DNA of 62,132 nucleotides, the filler included, from Hausera hauseri (lineage: Eukaryota): the NCBI GenBank assembly GCA_046269625.1. It is 12 parts of 12 records of this genome, joined end to end, with 100 filler letters (N's around TTAATTAATTAA, not from the genome) between each part and the next. Parts side by side here need not be neighbours in the genome. Positions count along the whole stretch, not along the records: positions 9,526 to 16,546 come from JBJURY010043221.1; positions 16,647 to 21,055 come from JBJURY010595778.1; positions 21,156 to 26,202 come from JBJURY010352377.1; 9 more parts are not named here. One strand, 5' to 3'. Positions 11,936-26,302 of this stretch are shown here, piece by piece (positions within the stretch are counted from its first letter, which is position 1; each line of letters starts with the position of its first letter). The position numbers and the translations under genes were made by a program. The notes under the pieces were generated by a model. It had not been told where the DNA came from. It saw nothing but the letters and a program-made list of their open reading frames with translations, and ran no database searches.

Positions 11936-12600
11936 GGGTGGACTGTAAATACTCGAGCCTACAAGGACTGGATGGACTGTAAATCTTCGAGCCTACAGTA
12001 ACTGCATGAATTGCGAATTCCTGAAACTACAGAAAAAAACTTTACTGAACTGTGAATTACCAAGACTGAAAAGAAACTTAAAGGAATAATTGATAGTGAA
12101 CCACTGATTGAAAAGAAACTCAAATAGATAATTGATAGTGAACCACTGATGCTACAAAGACTATATAAATTGGGCGCCACTAAGGCTACAAAGACTGGAT
12201 AAACTGGGCGCCGCTAAAGCTACAAAGACGTGATGGACTGTGATTCAAAAAGACTTCAAAGATTCAGTGGGTTGTGAAACACTGAGACTAAAAAGAAAAA
12301 GTGAGATTAATGTGTGTAACAGATTATAAAGACAGTGTGTACAATAATAATCTGATGTTATAAGAACTGGATGAAAATGAATCACTTAGTTATGAGAACC
12401 GGTGGAATACGAATCTTTCTGGTTATAAGGACTGGGTGCAATATTAATCTCTCAGGTTTCAGGCACTGTGTGAAAAACTAAATCAGGTTTTAGAGAATGG
12501 ATGAAAGATTTATCAGGTTTCCTTTGTATTAGTGATTAATCTCGCTTATTTCAGGCACTTGAAGAAAGATGAATCTCTTAGGTTTCAGGGCTTGGGAGAA
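11936..12600 (+). repeat. Cluster of short tandem duplications and a degenerate ~30-34 bp minisatellite
   Basis: GGACTGTAAAT..TCGAGCCTACA twice; ATAATTGATAGTGAACCACTGAT twice; GCTACAAAGAC three times at about 33-nt spacing; GTTAT/GTTT...ACTG...AATC units at 12357-12600. Confidence 0.7.
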
Positions 12601-15600
12601 TATGTCAAGAAAACAAAAAGACGGTGGACCATCATATGAATAGACGCCACTTACTGCTAAATATAGGAATGCTCAAGTAATTGCGGAAACTCAAAGTTTA
12701 CCGTTAGGTGGCTACAGTTGTACTGGGCATTGTTATACATTCTTATTGACTGTGTTTACATGAGTCGGAGTTTGAGCGCCAACTGTCATAAAAACAGAAC
12801 AGCGCAGCCAGCGTGACGTAGGAAGTTGTCTCCGTTGTCCATTGCACCAATCTGAGGCCTAACAAGGCAAACCGACGATATCGCTCACATTAACATTTTG
12901 TGATGTATATGAATGTACTGTTTGGTAATGTTCGTGAGCTGGTTGATTTTGATGTAATTTTTTTTTTTTTTTAACTTAATTAATTGGGAAGAAAGTGACA
13001 CTGAAAAAACATTTTACATTAATTAATTAATATTTGTATTTCAATTAAACACGATTGTTTCCATTCTTTTTACCAAGAGCCTTTTATTTTGTCATCGTTA
13101 CAGGACAAGGAGGGAGGGGGCGAAGACCTTGCCGTATACAAAATTGGACGTCAGCTGGAAAAAACTTTAGAACCTCTGATTAAAAAAAAAAAAAATAAAA
13201 CACAAACATATTAATATCTTTAATCATATTTCCACATATGCTGCTTGACAGAGGCATGGGATATGGTGCCAGCAATGTTGTGGTTGGAACTGGATCAACT
13301 GTCGCACCTTTTGTTCTTAATTTTGTAAGTACTTGTCTCATTTCTTAACGCATTTGTTAATATTTCTCAAATACCTGAATGTGTGTACATATAAACGCTA
13401 GGCGTCATATCTCTTAAGTCTGCCTATTTCTAAAATAATAGAATATTTGTACATACATAAAACTAGGTACGGTCTAACTTCTTAATTTCTATGACTCTCA
13501 AAAATCTGAACGTCTGTAAGTAAAATTCCATAGCATTAATGTCACAGGGGAATGAAATGTTCGTGCCTTCACTATACTTGGCTTAAGCCATTTTGTAAAT
13601 AGAGACACCACCATCTACATCCACACTTTACTTTCCGGTGTTTTACCCCGGTGTCAATTTGAAGCTGGGTGATCATGGGTCCACTGACCAGAAACAAAGT
13701 TTGGCCACCACGTCGATAGTGGAGTGCAACAATCATTTCACCACCGCGATATCTATACATGCATAAAACCAGGTAGTGTCTCACTTTTTAAAGGTTCTAT
13801 CTGTCGAATACTTGAATGTATGCACATTCACGAAACACGCATTCCACACTGCTCTGAATTTAACAGAAAATAAGATTATATTATTTTATCCATAGCAAAC
13901 AAAAACACTAAACACATAAATGGATAGTTGTAAATCACCGAAAACCTACCAACAGCATAATAATACGGCCGATCTATATTCAAATCCTTTCCCCCTTTCT
14001 TCCGGAACTCTGGAAACATTAATGTAAAGAATAAGATTACCGTCTCCAATCAACATGCGTCGTGGGAGCTGGTGTTGCAGCAAGAGCAATTTTCTTTGAC
14101 AGATCCTGGCTCGGCCATTAAATTGATATATATTGCAGTATGGGCCTATTCTGCCTTTTTCTAGTCACCTGCTTCATGGCTTTACTCTTCACAGACGTCA
14201 CTCTGCTTTGTATATTCCGCGTCTTGATTGTACCTGGGTTTCCGCTTACTTATGGTGGTTTATTTTATCAAAGTTTACTTCGCCTTGTGATATTCTATGT
14301 GATCGTTATTTGTCCCTTTATCTCAGTCAAATTTATTCTTTAATCTGTAAGGTTGCAAGACAGATATACTGAGACCAACAAATTATTTCACTGTGTCAAC
14401 AGTCAATATACATGCAACATTTATGAGTGAAAACACCAGTAAAAAATATATGAGTTTTATTCAAAAGTATTCCCAATATATAGCTGGGCAAGTTTAGTAG
14501 AATCGTATCAAAGACATTCATAGAAATATTAATGCATTCAAAACATCGATAATTAACTGATTCTAATTACATATTTATTAATGAACAATTCCTCCTCATA
14601 ATGTTGGCCGTCTGATTAAGTGTTATAAAATTTATGTTCGGAATTCACAGGTTATTTTATTAACACAGGTGTGTTCTCATGATTTTCACTTGTAAGGAAT
14701 TATCCGTTCGGTCAGTTTCTACTTGATCCATCACTAAACGTCAAATCCAGTTTATATTTTAAGAGCAATTTACGAATTGTCAGTTAAGTCTCTTCTCATA
14801 ATACCTAAGGTGTTGATATTGTTTATACTTTCATCTCTCAGTTAAAGTCTGAATAAGGTTCTGTTAAGACTTGACTAAGAAAACCGTTATTGGTTCTATC
14901 ATCGTTTATAATATGTCAATAAGTAAAGATTTTGACAATGTTAACTGGAATTCCCACATGCGTGTATATTAGCACACGATAGGTTCAGGTACTGACTAAT
15001 GCTTTCACTCGCACTTATTGTAATTATTCACGGTTCTATACTAAAAGACTGTATCTTAACCGATTCACTGGGTGATGCTTCGTATATTCAGCTCAGCAGA
15101 ACGCTTACCATCCACTTTGTCACCTGCTTCTTCTGCGCTCTGATTAGAACGTAACAACGACCACTTGGTCTGACAAGATTAATATCTGGTAATGGCTGTA
15201 ACAAAACAGCTGTTCTCAGTAGTCTGAGATAGACTTCTCTCATGAGGCTGAACAAGTATGTGTTGTCTGGACTGTGCAAGTCAGACCGGACAGTATCTGA
15301 GTGTTACGAATAACAGTATATCTGGACTAGACTGAATGGCTGACGGAACTCACTAACACCTGAGTTCTCTCATGGCCTTGGAGCAATTATATCACTTGAC
15401 TTAAACCACTCAACTTATATTTCAAGTCATAATTCTCTAGATTCTGTCTGGCTGTCCCGTATGACTGTGAGTTTGTTTCCGTCTACTGTCTGAATAACTG
15501 GATTCCTGCTAGGTAAAAGCTGACAACTGCCCTAATTCCAGACCCTGGAAATTCCTGTACTCTCTCTATTGGTTTTGTTGTTTTTAAAGCTTGCCTCCCA

Positions 15601-16742
15601 GACTTTATGTCGCCAAACGGACATTTCTGGTGTTCTTACCATGTATTCCCGGTGTATTGGCGCCAAGTAGGCTAGGCGGGTCTTCACCTATTGGACTTTT
15701 CAATTGTTTTTCCTAATTAACTGTACCAGCATAACTTCCTAAACAAAGCTTACCCACGCAGTTAATTTCAGATTATCCCCATGTCTCATTTTCTTAAACC
15801 GCACTTCTAAATTCGGTTTCTGGGTAAATCTGATCACTTCCAGGCGGCTGTTGTCCTCTTAGTAATTTTTATTATTTCACGTACCATCCCTGCATGAAAA
15901 GCATATTCTATCCCTCACTATCATGTTCTGTCCCCCACAAACCTAAGTTTATAATTTACTAAATCGCAAAGCCACCTTATTAGCTTCCATAATTAAGTTC
16001 ACACATATTCGAAAAGATAAGTAAGCAATACAAGTTCAACTAATTCAATGACAAACACATATAACTCAAAGATTAATATTTATCTACGCAAAACATCATT
16101 CAATCCACTAACCAAAATAGCAATGGAATAACTAAGATTAATATTTCGATGTCAGCTCTGGTCTCTTTTACGTTATATCTACCTACTTAACTCAAAGTTT
16201 CTAAAACACTTATTTAGGTTCATTGTATTTTATGAACTAGTTAGTTGCATCTATAAAACATTTTTTTATAAAGATATGCTTAATGTTATTTCCCGTACCT
16301 CCGTTTTTGTGTCGCACATGACTAAAGTTTACGATGACATATGAGGGAGCTGATTCGTAATGGTCGTCCTCATATGCAGTCATGGCGTTCTGGGTGAAGA
16401 CTTCGTCAAACTCGTCTGGATCTAAAATCACGAAATATATTCCCAAGTAACACGGAAGTAGTGTTATAGACAATTTGGGGTCGTATTTCTGGTGGATGAC
16501 TGGTGGCGGGTGATGGTGGAGGATATACCGTAAAGAAGAAAATATCNNNNNNNNNNNNNNNNNNNNNNNNNNNNNNNNNNNNNNNNNNNNTTAATTAATT
16601 AANNNNNNNNNNNNNNNNNNNNNNNNNNNNNNNNNNNNNNNNNNNNCTGTTCTGTTCTACTGAATCTATCAGGTGCTCATTCCGTATTCATTAATTTCAG
16701 TAATTTAAAATCTTGGGCCTCACATTTCACCTCTTCCTTTGT

Positions 16743-16915
16743 TGTCAATGGTCTTGAGGTAGGACATCTGCCTCAAGTGCTAGAGGTATTGGGTTCGAAT
16801 CCCAGTGGAAGCACTTGGGATTATTTCTCCGGCTCTTCAAGGAAAACAATTCCTGTGATCTCTAGGTAGTGAAATCGGACATCCGCGTACATTGTCATGT
16901 GCATTGTCGTGTAAA
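16743..16915 (+). mobile_element. tRNA-derived SINE, 5' part
   Basis: B-box GGTTCGAATCCC at about 16791-16803, followed by the core TGATCTCTAGGTAGTGAAATCGGACATCCG...ACATTGT that is shared with copies at 51138, 52008 and 55010. Confidence 0.75.
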
Positions 16916-16919
16916 TTAT

Positions 16920-17340
16920 GCATCACTACTACACTATTTCTGTAGATTGTTGTGTCTCCAGCTGCCTGTGGACTTTCAGACCGATTTCTGTAGATAATCT
17001 CTTGACCATTCGTCGCTTGGAGTCGGACTCTGGAAGAAGCAATACAATAAAGGATAAAGTGGTACAGAAGAATCCCACACTGAAAAACGGAAAAGCCTTC
17101 AACAAGCTTACAGCAAAATTAAGACTGATCATTAAAGTTTGCAACTCTTTCGACATGTAATGCAATGGCAAAAAAGTCTGGAAACTCCTTGATAATATTG
17201 AAGGAACACTAAAGAAAGAAAACCCACATCCAGTAAATAACAATGGAAAGCACTTGACAGTTGATAGAAACATAGCAGGAGCATTCAACAAGCCCCCCTA
17301 CTTCATTAAAAATGGCACCAAGGAAGACAGACAAATATAG
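16920..17340 (+). mobile_element. Decayed LINE ORF2 fragment (region between endonuclease and RT)
   Basis: ...AFNKLTAKLRLII...KKVWKLLDNIEG...NNGKHLTVDRNIAGAFNK resembles the pre-RT linker of LINE ORF2; contains in-frame stops. Confidence 0.45.
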
Positions 17341-18652
17341 AAATCATACAAATGGAAGGCACTTTATAAGCTACTGATATTTTATCATCGATTTCATAAC
17401 GTTTATTCTTCGAACACGTTTGCGAAATCATTTGCTTTTCCTCATCTTTGGCAAATCGGAAACTTTCAGTTTGAGTAAATTTTCTAGACCATGAATTTGT
17501 TGAATTTCCGAAAATTTGCTGTACCCATAACCAGGATCATGAGTGAAAAAATATTAAATTTTAATTGACCTGATGTAATCTAACACTGTGTATTTCATAT
17601 TTGTTTGTTGGTTTTGATAACTGCCGATATCATTTGATAAACATTTTTGTTTTTTGGAAGTCTTTGAGCTTGATGTAGGACTTTCTGCCAGCATTGTATA
17701 TTATCTTTTCCAATTAAATGATGTTACATTTTTTTCTCTTACAATCACCATAACACCAATCATAATCACACCAATCAATATTATCCCGAATATTTTCATC
17801 ACTTTTAAATTCGGGTAGGTTTTGAATTCTATTTTCAAAATATCTTTCACATTCCTGAATATTTTTTATTCTATTTAATTTATTTGAATGTATTTCTGAT
17901 TTTAAATGTCTTTCTAATCTTTATGGTTTTTGGAATTGTTTTCCACAATTTTCGCATTACGCATTATTTTCGAGTGTTAGATCTGTCCCCACTTTATATA
18001 TCATATTTATTGTTGAGTTGAAATATTTTATTTTATTAACTTTTTATTTTTAATTTTATGAGTAGGTGTAACAATCTGTTTTTGGTCCTCACAATTCCGC
18101 CCGCCAGAGAGTTCAGTATTTACCAGTATTTGTTCGTGTGAGCAGTCGCTCTCAAGCCGTTTTTTTTCTTTTTTATGCAGTTTGCGTAGGCACAGAGATT
18201 CTTTATATCACGCGATGCCCTGTCAGGCGGGTTGCGCGGCCAAAAACTAATTTTTATGTCGACTTATAATAATTCATTATTGTTAATAAATTTTAGAATT
18301 TGTTACCAAATATGAATCTGTGCAAATATTGCGGAATTTAATAGTACAATTAAACCTAGGTTTGTTCTTTTGTTGATCAATAATTATAAAGTTACAGTTT
18401 ACAGTCCAATCAATCTACCATCACGATAGCAAAAGACAAAATTTGTGAATATTTGTGCAGAATAAATTCTAGAAATGTTGTATAATCTTGACCACCTGTT
18501 ACATAAGAAATCTGGTATTAAATTCCTTAAATTTTTCTAAATAAACCGCATTTTAGGTTTTTGCTGATTATACTGAATTTGCCGGAATTAGTGAATCGTA
18601 TATATTCTGCTTAACTATTTACTTGTTTAAATAATGTATTCAAAATACAAAT

Positions 18653-19341
<689 letters not shown>

Positions 19342-22300
19342 TAATAAATTGTGAAGTTCAAGTTGGACAATGTTAAGTTAATATTATTGCTTTGTTACAT
19401 GAAATTATGTAATGTTCCAATTGTGTAATTGTTGTAATGAGTGCAGTTGTGATTGTATACATAAATAATTTTTAATTAATTTGATTTCTGTAATTAATTA
19501 AAATGATTAATAATTGTTTGAATTCAAAAAATTGTTATGAATTTTATTCAAAATTCGAGTCAAACGGTACATTGGTACAAATTCACCGTATTTTCCAGTT
19601 ACTTTATAAGGGAATGTATTTTATTTGAATTCGCTAAAACGAACGGTTTCAAAAATCGTTCGTATTGAAACAAATTGAGTGAAGTTTCAACTTTCAAACT
19701 TCTAAAAACATTCTGAATTTGAATGAAAAGTTGTATTTTAAAATCATTTTCCTCAACTTGAAAAATTAAATTTAATATAGTTCATTTGTACTTATCTAAG
19801 GACCCAAACAATGGCGTATATATTAAATTTCGAATCCTGGTACTGGATTTCATGTGCGTCAAATGAAAATTTGTGCAAAATTTTCAAATTTTATCTGTAT
19901 CATTATTAAGCAGCTTTAGTTTTCTGGGAACACGTCCTGATTTCAGACGTCAGATTTCAGTTTTATTAATTAAACTCTAGTAAGTTTTATTTGTCAAATG
20001 AAATTCGTCATCATTAATTTATAAAGTTCAAGTGTTACCGTTGACTTTGACTTATTTATTAATACAGTAAATTAATTTTTCTTTCATGTTTGAGTTATTT
20101 TTAAAAACAATACTTGAGTCAGATGGCTTCTGTTCTTCATGTTTGAAGTCTTTAAATTTGTTTTAATATTACTACCGCGGGAAATTTGAGTTCATTGTGA
20201 TAAAACTAATTGAAATGAAATTAAATAGTGATTTGTTGGACTCGTGTATTGTGAATCCTGATTCTCTAAAATGTGAATTATTTTATATTAATAATATTTA
20301 TTTTCTATTTAGATAAAGAGAGAAGCAATTGTGAAGCTAAGTTTGTCTATTAATAATTTTAGTTTTTGGTGACAAATGTATTTAAGATGGACGATCGACA
20401 AAAATAACAAATTAAAATTTCGTAAAGCTGTAAAAGATTATTTTAATCAGTAAGTCGGATTTATCACGTCTTTCGTCATAAATTTGTTCAGGAATTTTAC
20501 TTTTGTCGATAAGCAATACAATTTTATAAATAAGCCACTTCACTTCCCAGAATTGCGGATATTTGATATGCCTACTGTCACTGAACAAGGAAAAAATAGA
20601 AAGAGAAAACAATTCGAGGCAGAGTAAGGCAAATTGTTTTGTTGATAAAAGTGTTTAATTGTTTGTTGAGCAGAGATAAAATCGATTTGGGCGAAATTTG
20701 TTCTAATGTGGACACGATTGTCGTAAACGGTGGAATAGTGAAAAAAATGTATTTCATAATAAATTGCTTGTTGAGTTTGAGTGGGTCAATTTTGATTTGT
20801 CAAACGAGATTTTCTTTCTCCCATACATTTCTGTCAACTTGTGAATTTTCTATCAAAATTATGCTGAATTATTGAGATTACCACCATTGTACAGGAGGTG
20901 GGGGTTGTTCTGATATATATTCATTGGCCAATTCACTGTATAACTGGCCAATTTACCCTCGATCTGAAACATAACCCATGATACAATATCACTTTATGTT
21001 TACGCCATAAAATTTGCCTAAATATATCAAAACAATTTTTAAATCCATGTTTTCGNNNNNNNNNNNNNNNNNNNNNNNNNNNNNNNNNNNNNNNNNNNNT
21101 TAATTAATTAANNNNNNNNNNNNNNNNNNNNNNNNNNNNNNNNNNNNNNNNNNNNTAAACATGTGTATATAGAGGTAAAATTTCATTACATTCTGTCTGT
21201 CTAGTAAAAAATGTCATCAGAAAACAATTCAAGTGGCATTTCTGCGAGTCGGTCAACAAAGTCAAAGTACTCCCCATATTCTCTCAGAAATTTCAGGTTG
21301 TATAATGGATACAAGTTACATTATCTGCGCAACGGTATTCAATTGCCATTGACGCAAACGATCAAAATCAAACTGGCGAAATATGGTCTATTGGTGAAGA
21401 TCAGCGACCATGATTTAGATACAATGGAAGACAATTTAAAAAGTTGATAATGATTTGGTGTTGACTAACGATATCCGAAATATCCTTGATTTTTCTCGAA
21501 GGTAGTATGACAGAAATTGTCCATTCACATGGTGGAGATACAACAGCAGTTTTGCTAAAGGCCATATAACATTGAAGTTGAATGGATACAATGAACTGCA
21601 AAGCGTTAAATCACCAATATGCAAGCTGGGAAAGTTTATTCTGATTTGTATTTCGCGTTTTTTTGCTCACCACATTAGTTTCATTAAAGGATAATAAAAC
21701 AACAGTCAAAACAATGAACAGTGTGCATTATTTGCAAAATAGCAATATACAAATGATTGTTATAGTAAGTGGATCACTGCATTGTTATATACATTGGTCT
21801 CTCTGCATTGAGTCGTCACCGAAGAAATCATGTTTTATTCCAAACGCCAATGTCCATACGCCTAACTTTTATTCCGCCCCACCCACCTACGCTTATAATC
21901 ATTTTATAATAAAGCGACTTTTGTATTGGTCATCGTATACAGCTGATGCTCAATCTGATGATCGTTTGAGAAACAGCCATTGATTATCCTCTTCCCTCCC
22001 CTCCGTCTTCGTCATAGACACAGTGATAATCGCCGTATCGGTAACGATATTTCATCGACAATAGTTGAGACTCCTGTAATCGTGAAAATAAGATACACAG
22101 GTGGATCTTTTTGAATGAAACATTCTCGAATTGTAGTAAAAATAACAATCTTCTACGGAATATAAAATACCAAAAAAGTTATTGTATTTAAGATGAAATT
22201 ACAAAAACGTCGGGCTGATACTATGATGATTGGTTTTTTGGTATATTAAAACAAAATAAGAAAAAAGGTCTGATGAATCAGGTTATCATGCACTATACCC

Positions 22301-22539
22301 CATGACTCCATTATATCTGATGTGCAACGCCATTTTGCGGAATTAAGAATAGGATATTACCCAAATTTGAGAAATTTTCTTTTTTAGAATGTGTAAATTT
22401 ATTGAAATAATTCGGGCTCGATAATACTGGATAATTTACATCAATCTCTGTTACTTCCGATTTTAAATTATTAGAACAAATAATACTAAATCCTAATGGA
22501 AAATGTACAAAAATATTCAATGATAATTAATTGCCTTTT

Positions 22540-22700
22540 GCTACTTGCGTCTTCACAAGCGTCTATTCAGTCATTATATGCATCGATTTCCTGACTTAAA
22601 TCATTTATTCTTGTTTGATAATCTTCAAGACAAATTTTGCATTTGATGTATCCGACATTTTTACTATGATTTAATTGGACTGCACAAGATTCGTCATATT
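22540..22700 (-). pseudogene. ELOF1: Transcription elongation factor ELOF1/Elf1 fragment
   Basis: SCAVQLNHSKNVGYIKCKICLEDYQTRINDLSQEIDAYND*IDACE matches the ELOF1 C-terminal half. The conserved Trp of DWIDACE is TGA and the first CxxC is absent. Confidence 0.8.
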
Positions 22701-23119
22701 TTCGATTAAATTTCAAAATGATAAGTAATTCAAACGTAATACTGAGATGTTTTATATCAGATCGATAGTTGGTGATGAGCATTAAGATATTGTCATAATG
22801 AAATTGCTCGTTCATATTTATGACACATGTTAGCCCTTTAACGTAAAAATCCAGAAATATTATGGGTCTTAAGTTAGCCTCCGTATGTTTTACAGGACTC
22901 TGCAAAACCGATAAATTAAGTGAGTACTTTTTATGCACTAGACGCCATGCTTTAGTTGGGCTTGTACTGTCATTCATTACTTCCAACTTCAATCCAGGCT
23001 TTTCAACAACGATTATAAAATGTTCAAAATAAAAAATAGAATAATTGGTAGCCTGATAAATAACCAAATAAGAATACTGATTTTTCACACTGATATGAAC
23101 TGTTCGGCTGCCAATCAAA

Positions 23120-26100
23120 CACAGGCCAAACGGTTAAAGGCAGGATGAAAACGGTGCCGGCTTAGCTGCATCAATCGATGATCCTACTGCTGAAAACGGA
23201 GGGTTATGTCCTAGATCGTGGCACTACACACCGTGATTAATTTCTGTCTGAGCAGCAAAATTCCTTGTGCGCGCATTTTCGGTTCACAATCCGTTAAAAG
23301 ACTGTAGCACTTTTGACGCAGAAATATCCATTCCCAATACTGAACTCGACTTTCGCTTTCATCCTTGAAACAACCAATTTTGTTTGTAATTACGTTACAG
23401 TGGATGACTCTGTGGGTAGTTGGACGTGTCCAGTAATCCATCTGCCATCATTTGTCGCTGAAGTTGTTCGTTTTTTAGTTTGAGGAAGAAACCCTCTGTG
23501 CTACCGGCAATTATATTAATTTTGCAGCCATCAAACATTTGTCAATAACGTGCCAAGTCGCGATACTGCAGCTCATACATCCGCAACTTGCTCAGATCCA
23601 ATACCACCTGTCCTATATAACTTGGCCGGTCTAGTACGACTTCCATGTTTAAAAGTACGGCAACCAATCCATCGGTAATGTGCATTTACCGCCTAAATTG
23701 AGCCTTACCGGTGTACGTGACCAACCGTTTTTCGCTGTTGCATGGGCGCACGTTGATCCGCTTTTTGAGATTCTCTACTACTTTTCCGTAGAGTGAATTA
23801 TTTTTCAGCTTGTATTAGTCTTTTTCAAACTTGCTGCAGCCTGCAGCTCGTTCTCCGAATTTCGACTGATGTACGCTTTGAATATCAAAGCCTGTACGAA
23901 TCGGATTGCACGAAGAAATTGTGTGATGCCAATGAACAATGTAATTCGATTTGGGTTAATACGTCATAAGTATTTTCTTCATCTTCGAGCCAGGCGGACA
24001 TTGACCAATTGGTGCGACTGGCAATTCATCCAGGTCATGTAGCTCATCTGGTACCACGAAATCGACTTCCATCAAGTATCCGATTGAGCTGTTTGCTGCT
24101 GTGTCTGCTCTCAGGAGATTTTCCATTGTCATCCAAGTCCTGTTTGCCGACTATCCATTCGAATGAACCGCATGGCAAGGGTTGTGAAAGCGCCCAGCCG
24201 TACAGGTTATTAATGTCGATATACAAGTGATGTGGTATTATCATCATCACTGGTAGCAGTAGCAGCACTAACATGGTGCTTGTTGACAAATGTCATGCCA
24301 CCACGAATACCAACATCAAACAGTCTGTACATTCTGGGTGTTGCAGCCGCTCCATATCCCGATCCAGTGACATTAGAGGTGACTCCCAACTCATTCTCGG
24401 TATGGAATAAAAGGTGAGTGGCACTAACCTATCTTCCTGCAACTCTTTAGTCCGAAATGCCTGAAATACATCGGCTAATAAGTACGCATCCACTTTCAGA
24501 TACTAAAGCATGTACTCCAACAGGTTTCTGCAGCCGAGGTCTGTCCAAAATCCCCGTGCTTTCTGCCACTCTTTTTCTGTGATACCGGACCAACGCAGCG
24601 GTAATTCTTCTATCGTCTGAAGCCGCTCATACGATACCGCAAAGTCATATGGAAATATGCCTTTGCTGCGTGCAATGTGCATAAGAAAATGTGTTGATGT
24701 TATCGGCACATCTTGCAAACCATTTACTAGCATTGCCAATGATTCATTCAGAAATTGCAATGAATGGAGAAAGAGTACACGGAAACGGTTTATACGAGCA
24801 GACAGGGACAGGTATTTCTCCATCGTAGTCGTAATTGTAGATAGTTCCCTATGTGGGAATCCATATATTGACCATTTTAAAATATGGTGACAATCATAAC
24901 CCCTGAAGTTATGAAAGACCGTAGGTACGAATGGCCGCACGCGCCTTGCCAAATTGCATGCAGCTCCTAGGTATCGGCCGGTAAAATGATCATGATCTGG
25001 TACAAGCTGCTCCTGTGCATCGAACGCTAACCTATTCTGACAGGAAACATTCATCGGTGGGTGCAAAAATCAACGGTTCATATTCGTCTGTCCAGACCAA
25101 GGGTTTATTGCAATTATTGCTATACCACGGTGCGATTTCTGCTTCTATTACTGTTTGCAACTGAAGGAAATAAAGTATGCAGTTCCAACCATGGAAAAAG
25201 TAAGACTGCGGCTGTTCAAAGACTTTTATTGGGTCAACTAATATACCGACGGCGATTTCAATATGCTTTTGGTCATATACGTCGTGCCGTTGTAGAATAG
25301 CTTCGATATCGGCATATACCACGTATGCTGGACTGCCGGTACATTGCTGTGCATTGTTGTTTCTGATAAATTATGTTTGCAGTGTCACATGTTTTGAAAC
25401 TGACCTGAAACCATGCAGACATATGAGACACCATTTACACCGTATTTGGTTTTGCATGAATTGTCTAAATTTGTCACGACCAGGTAATGAAAATTTTCCA
25501 TCTGCTCTAATAGCAACAAATTTACTTACTGCCCATTTGGGTTCCGACTTCAATAAATTATGTCCACATAAGAATTCTTGGAAATCTCTTCATCTGCCGG
25601 TATTTCTATTATTGTTATACCGGAACACGTTAATTGAGTGTCGTATTACGCCGCTCAAAAACCGGAATGGTTTTCAGTTTCATCGGCATCCAACATTCAT
25701 CGAAGTCCAATTCAAAAAAATACTGCCTATACTGATTTGGACGAATGGCGCTATGTCCACTTCGTTATACTTTAAGACTACCAGAATACTGTAAACCAAA
25801 CAGTATTCGTCATTAGTATTTTTTACATTCACATGCTTTACAGCTGCAGGTGTCGGTATGAATGATGGTCAGACAAGTAAATTATGTAACTCGACTTTGC
25901 TACAATAGAGCCGAGAGTGACCATTTTTATAATTTACCAGCCACTACCTTTTTCGGTGTAGTTGGCCATTTTCTTATCCAGTCTTTCTCCTACATGGACA
26001 ATATATCCTTCGGCATATGGCAGACCTCGATGTAACAGGTACCATTGTTTCCTGTATCCTTGTACGTTTTCAAATTGTGCTAGTACATAATACTGCACTG

Positions 26101-26202
26101 TGCAGTGGTGTTGGAATTTCTTCACAACTGTTTCAAATTACGACAGGTAAACCCGATGTGTGTGGAAGAAATGTATGAAGACCATGGACACGAAATGGTG
26201 CC
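23120..26202 (-). pseudogene. Near full-length decayed protein-primed PolB (Polinton/adintovirus-like) with an endonuclease VII-like module
   Basis: Ordered motifs: EKGSGW, WCLICLHGF, VYADIEA, DHDHFTGRYLGAACN, VFHNFRGYD, SKGIFPYD, LLADVF, YIDINNLYGWALSQPLP (motif A), KLKNNSLYGK (motif B, about 23780-23812), degenerate motif C (AGSTEGFFL), IGCFKDE, KMRAQG. Many stops and frameshifts. Confidence 0.9.
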
Positions 26203-26302
26203 NNNNNNNNNNNNNNNNNNNNNNNNNNNNNNNNNNNNNNNNNNNNTTAATTAATTAANNNNNNNNNNNNNNNNNNNNNNNNNNNNNNNNNNNNNNNNNN
26301 NN

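Noticed and set aside
12357-12600. CRISPR-like array (about 33-nt periodicity, GTTT/GTTAT starts)
   Set aside because: Units are adjacent and degenerate, with no constant-repeat/unique-spacer alternation, no cas genes and a eukaryotic context.
15060-15680. Solo LTR with PBS (TGTTACG, CGTAACA, TGGCGCC)
   Set aside because: The TGTTACG and CGTAACA motifs are in the wrong order to bound an LTR and no gag follows.
16743-16812. tRNA gene
   Set aside because: A B-box is present but no convincing cloverleaf, and it continues into the SINE core shared with three other copies.
22567-22569. TGA read as Trp (alternative genetic code) in ELOF1 DWIDACE
   Set aside because: Other stops replace different residues (TAG for Trp near 1462, TGA for Cys near 31932, TAG for Gln near 47055) and co-occur with frameshifts, consistent with decay.
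26203-26302. pPolB (contig 5) plus integrase (contig 6) as one Polinton
   Set aside because: They are separated by an artificial spacer and differ in decay state, so adjacency is not biological.
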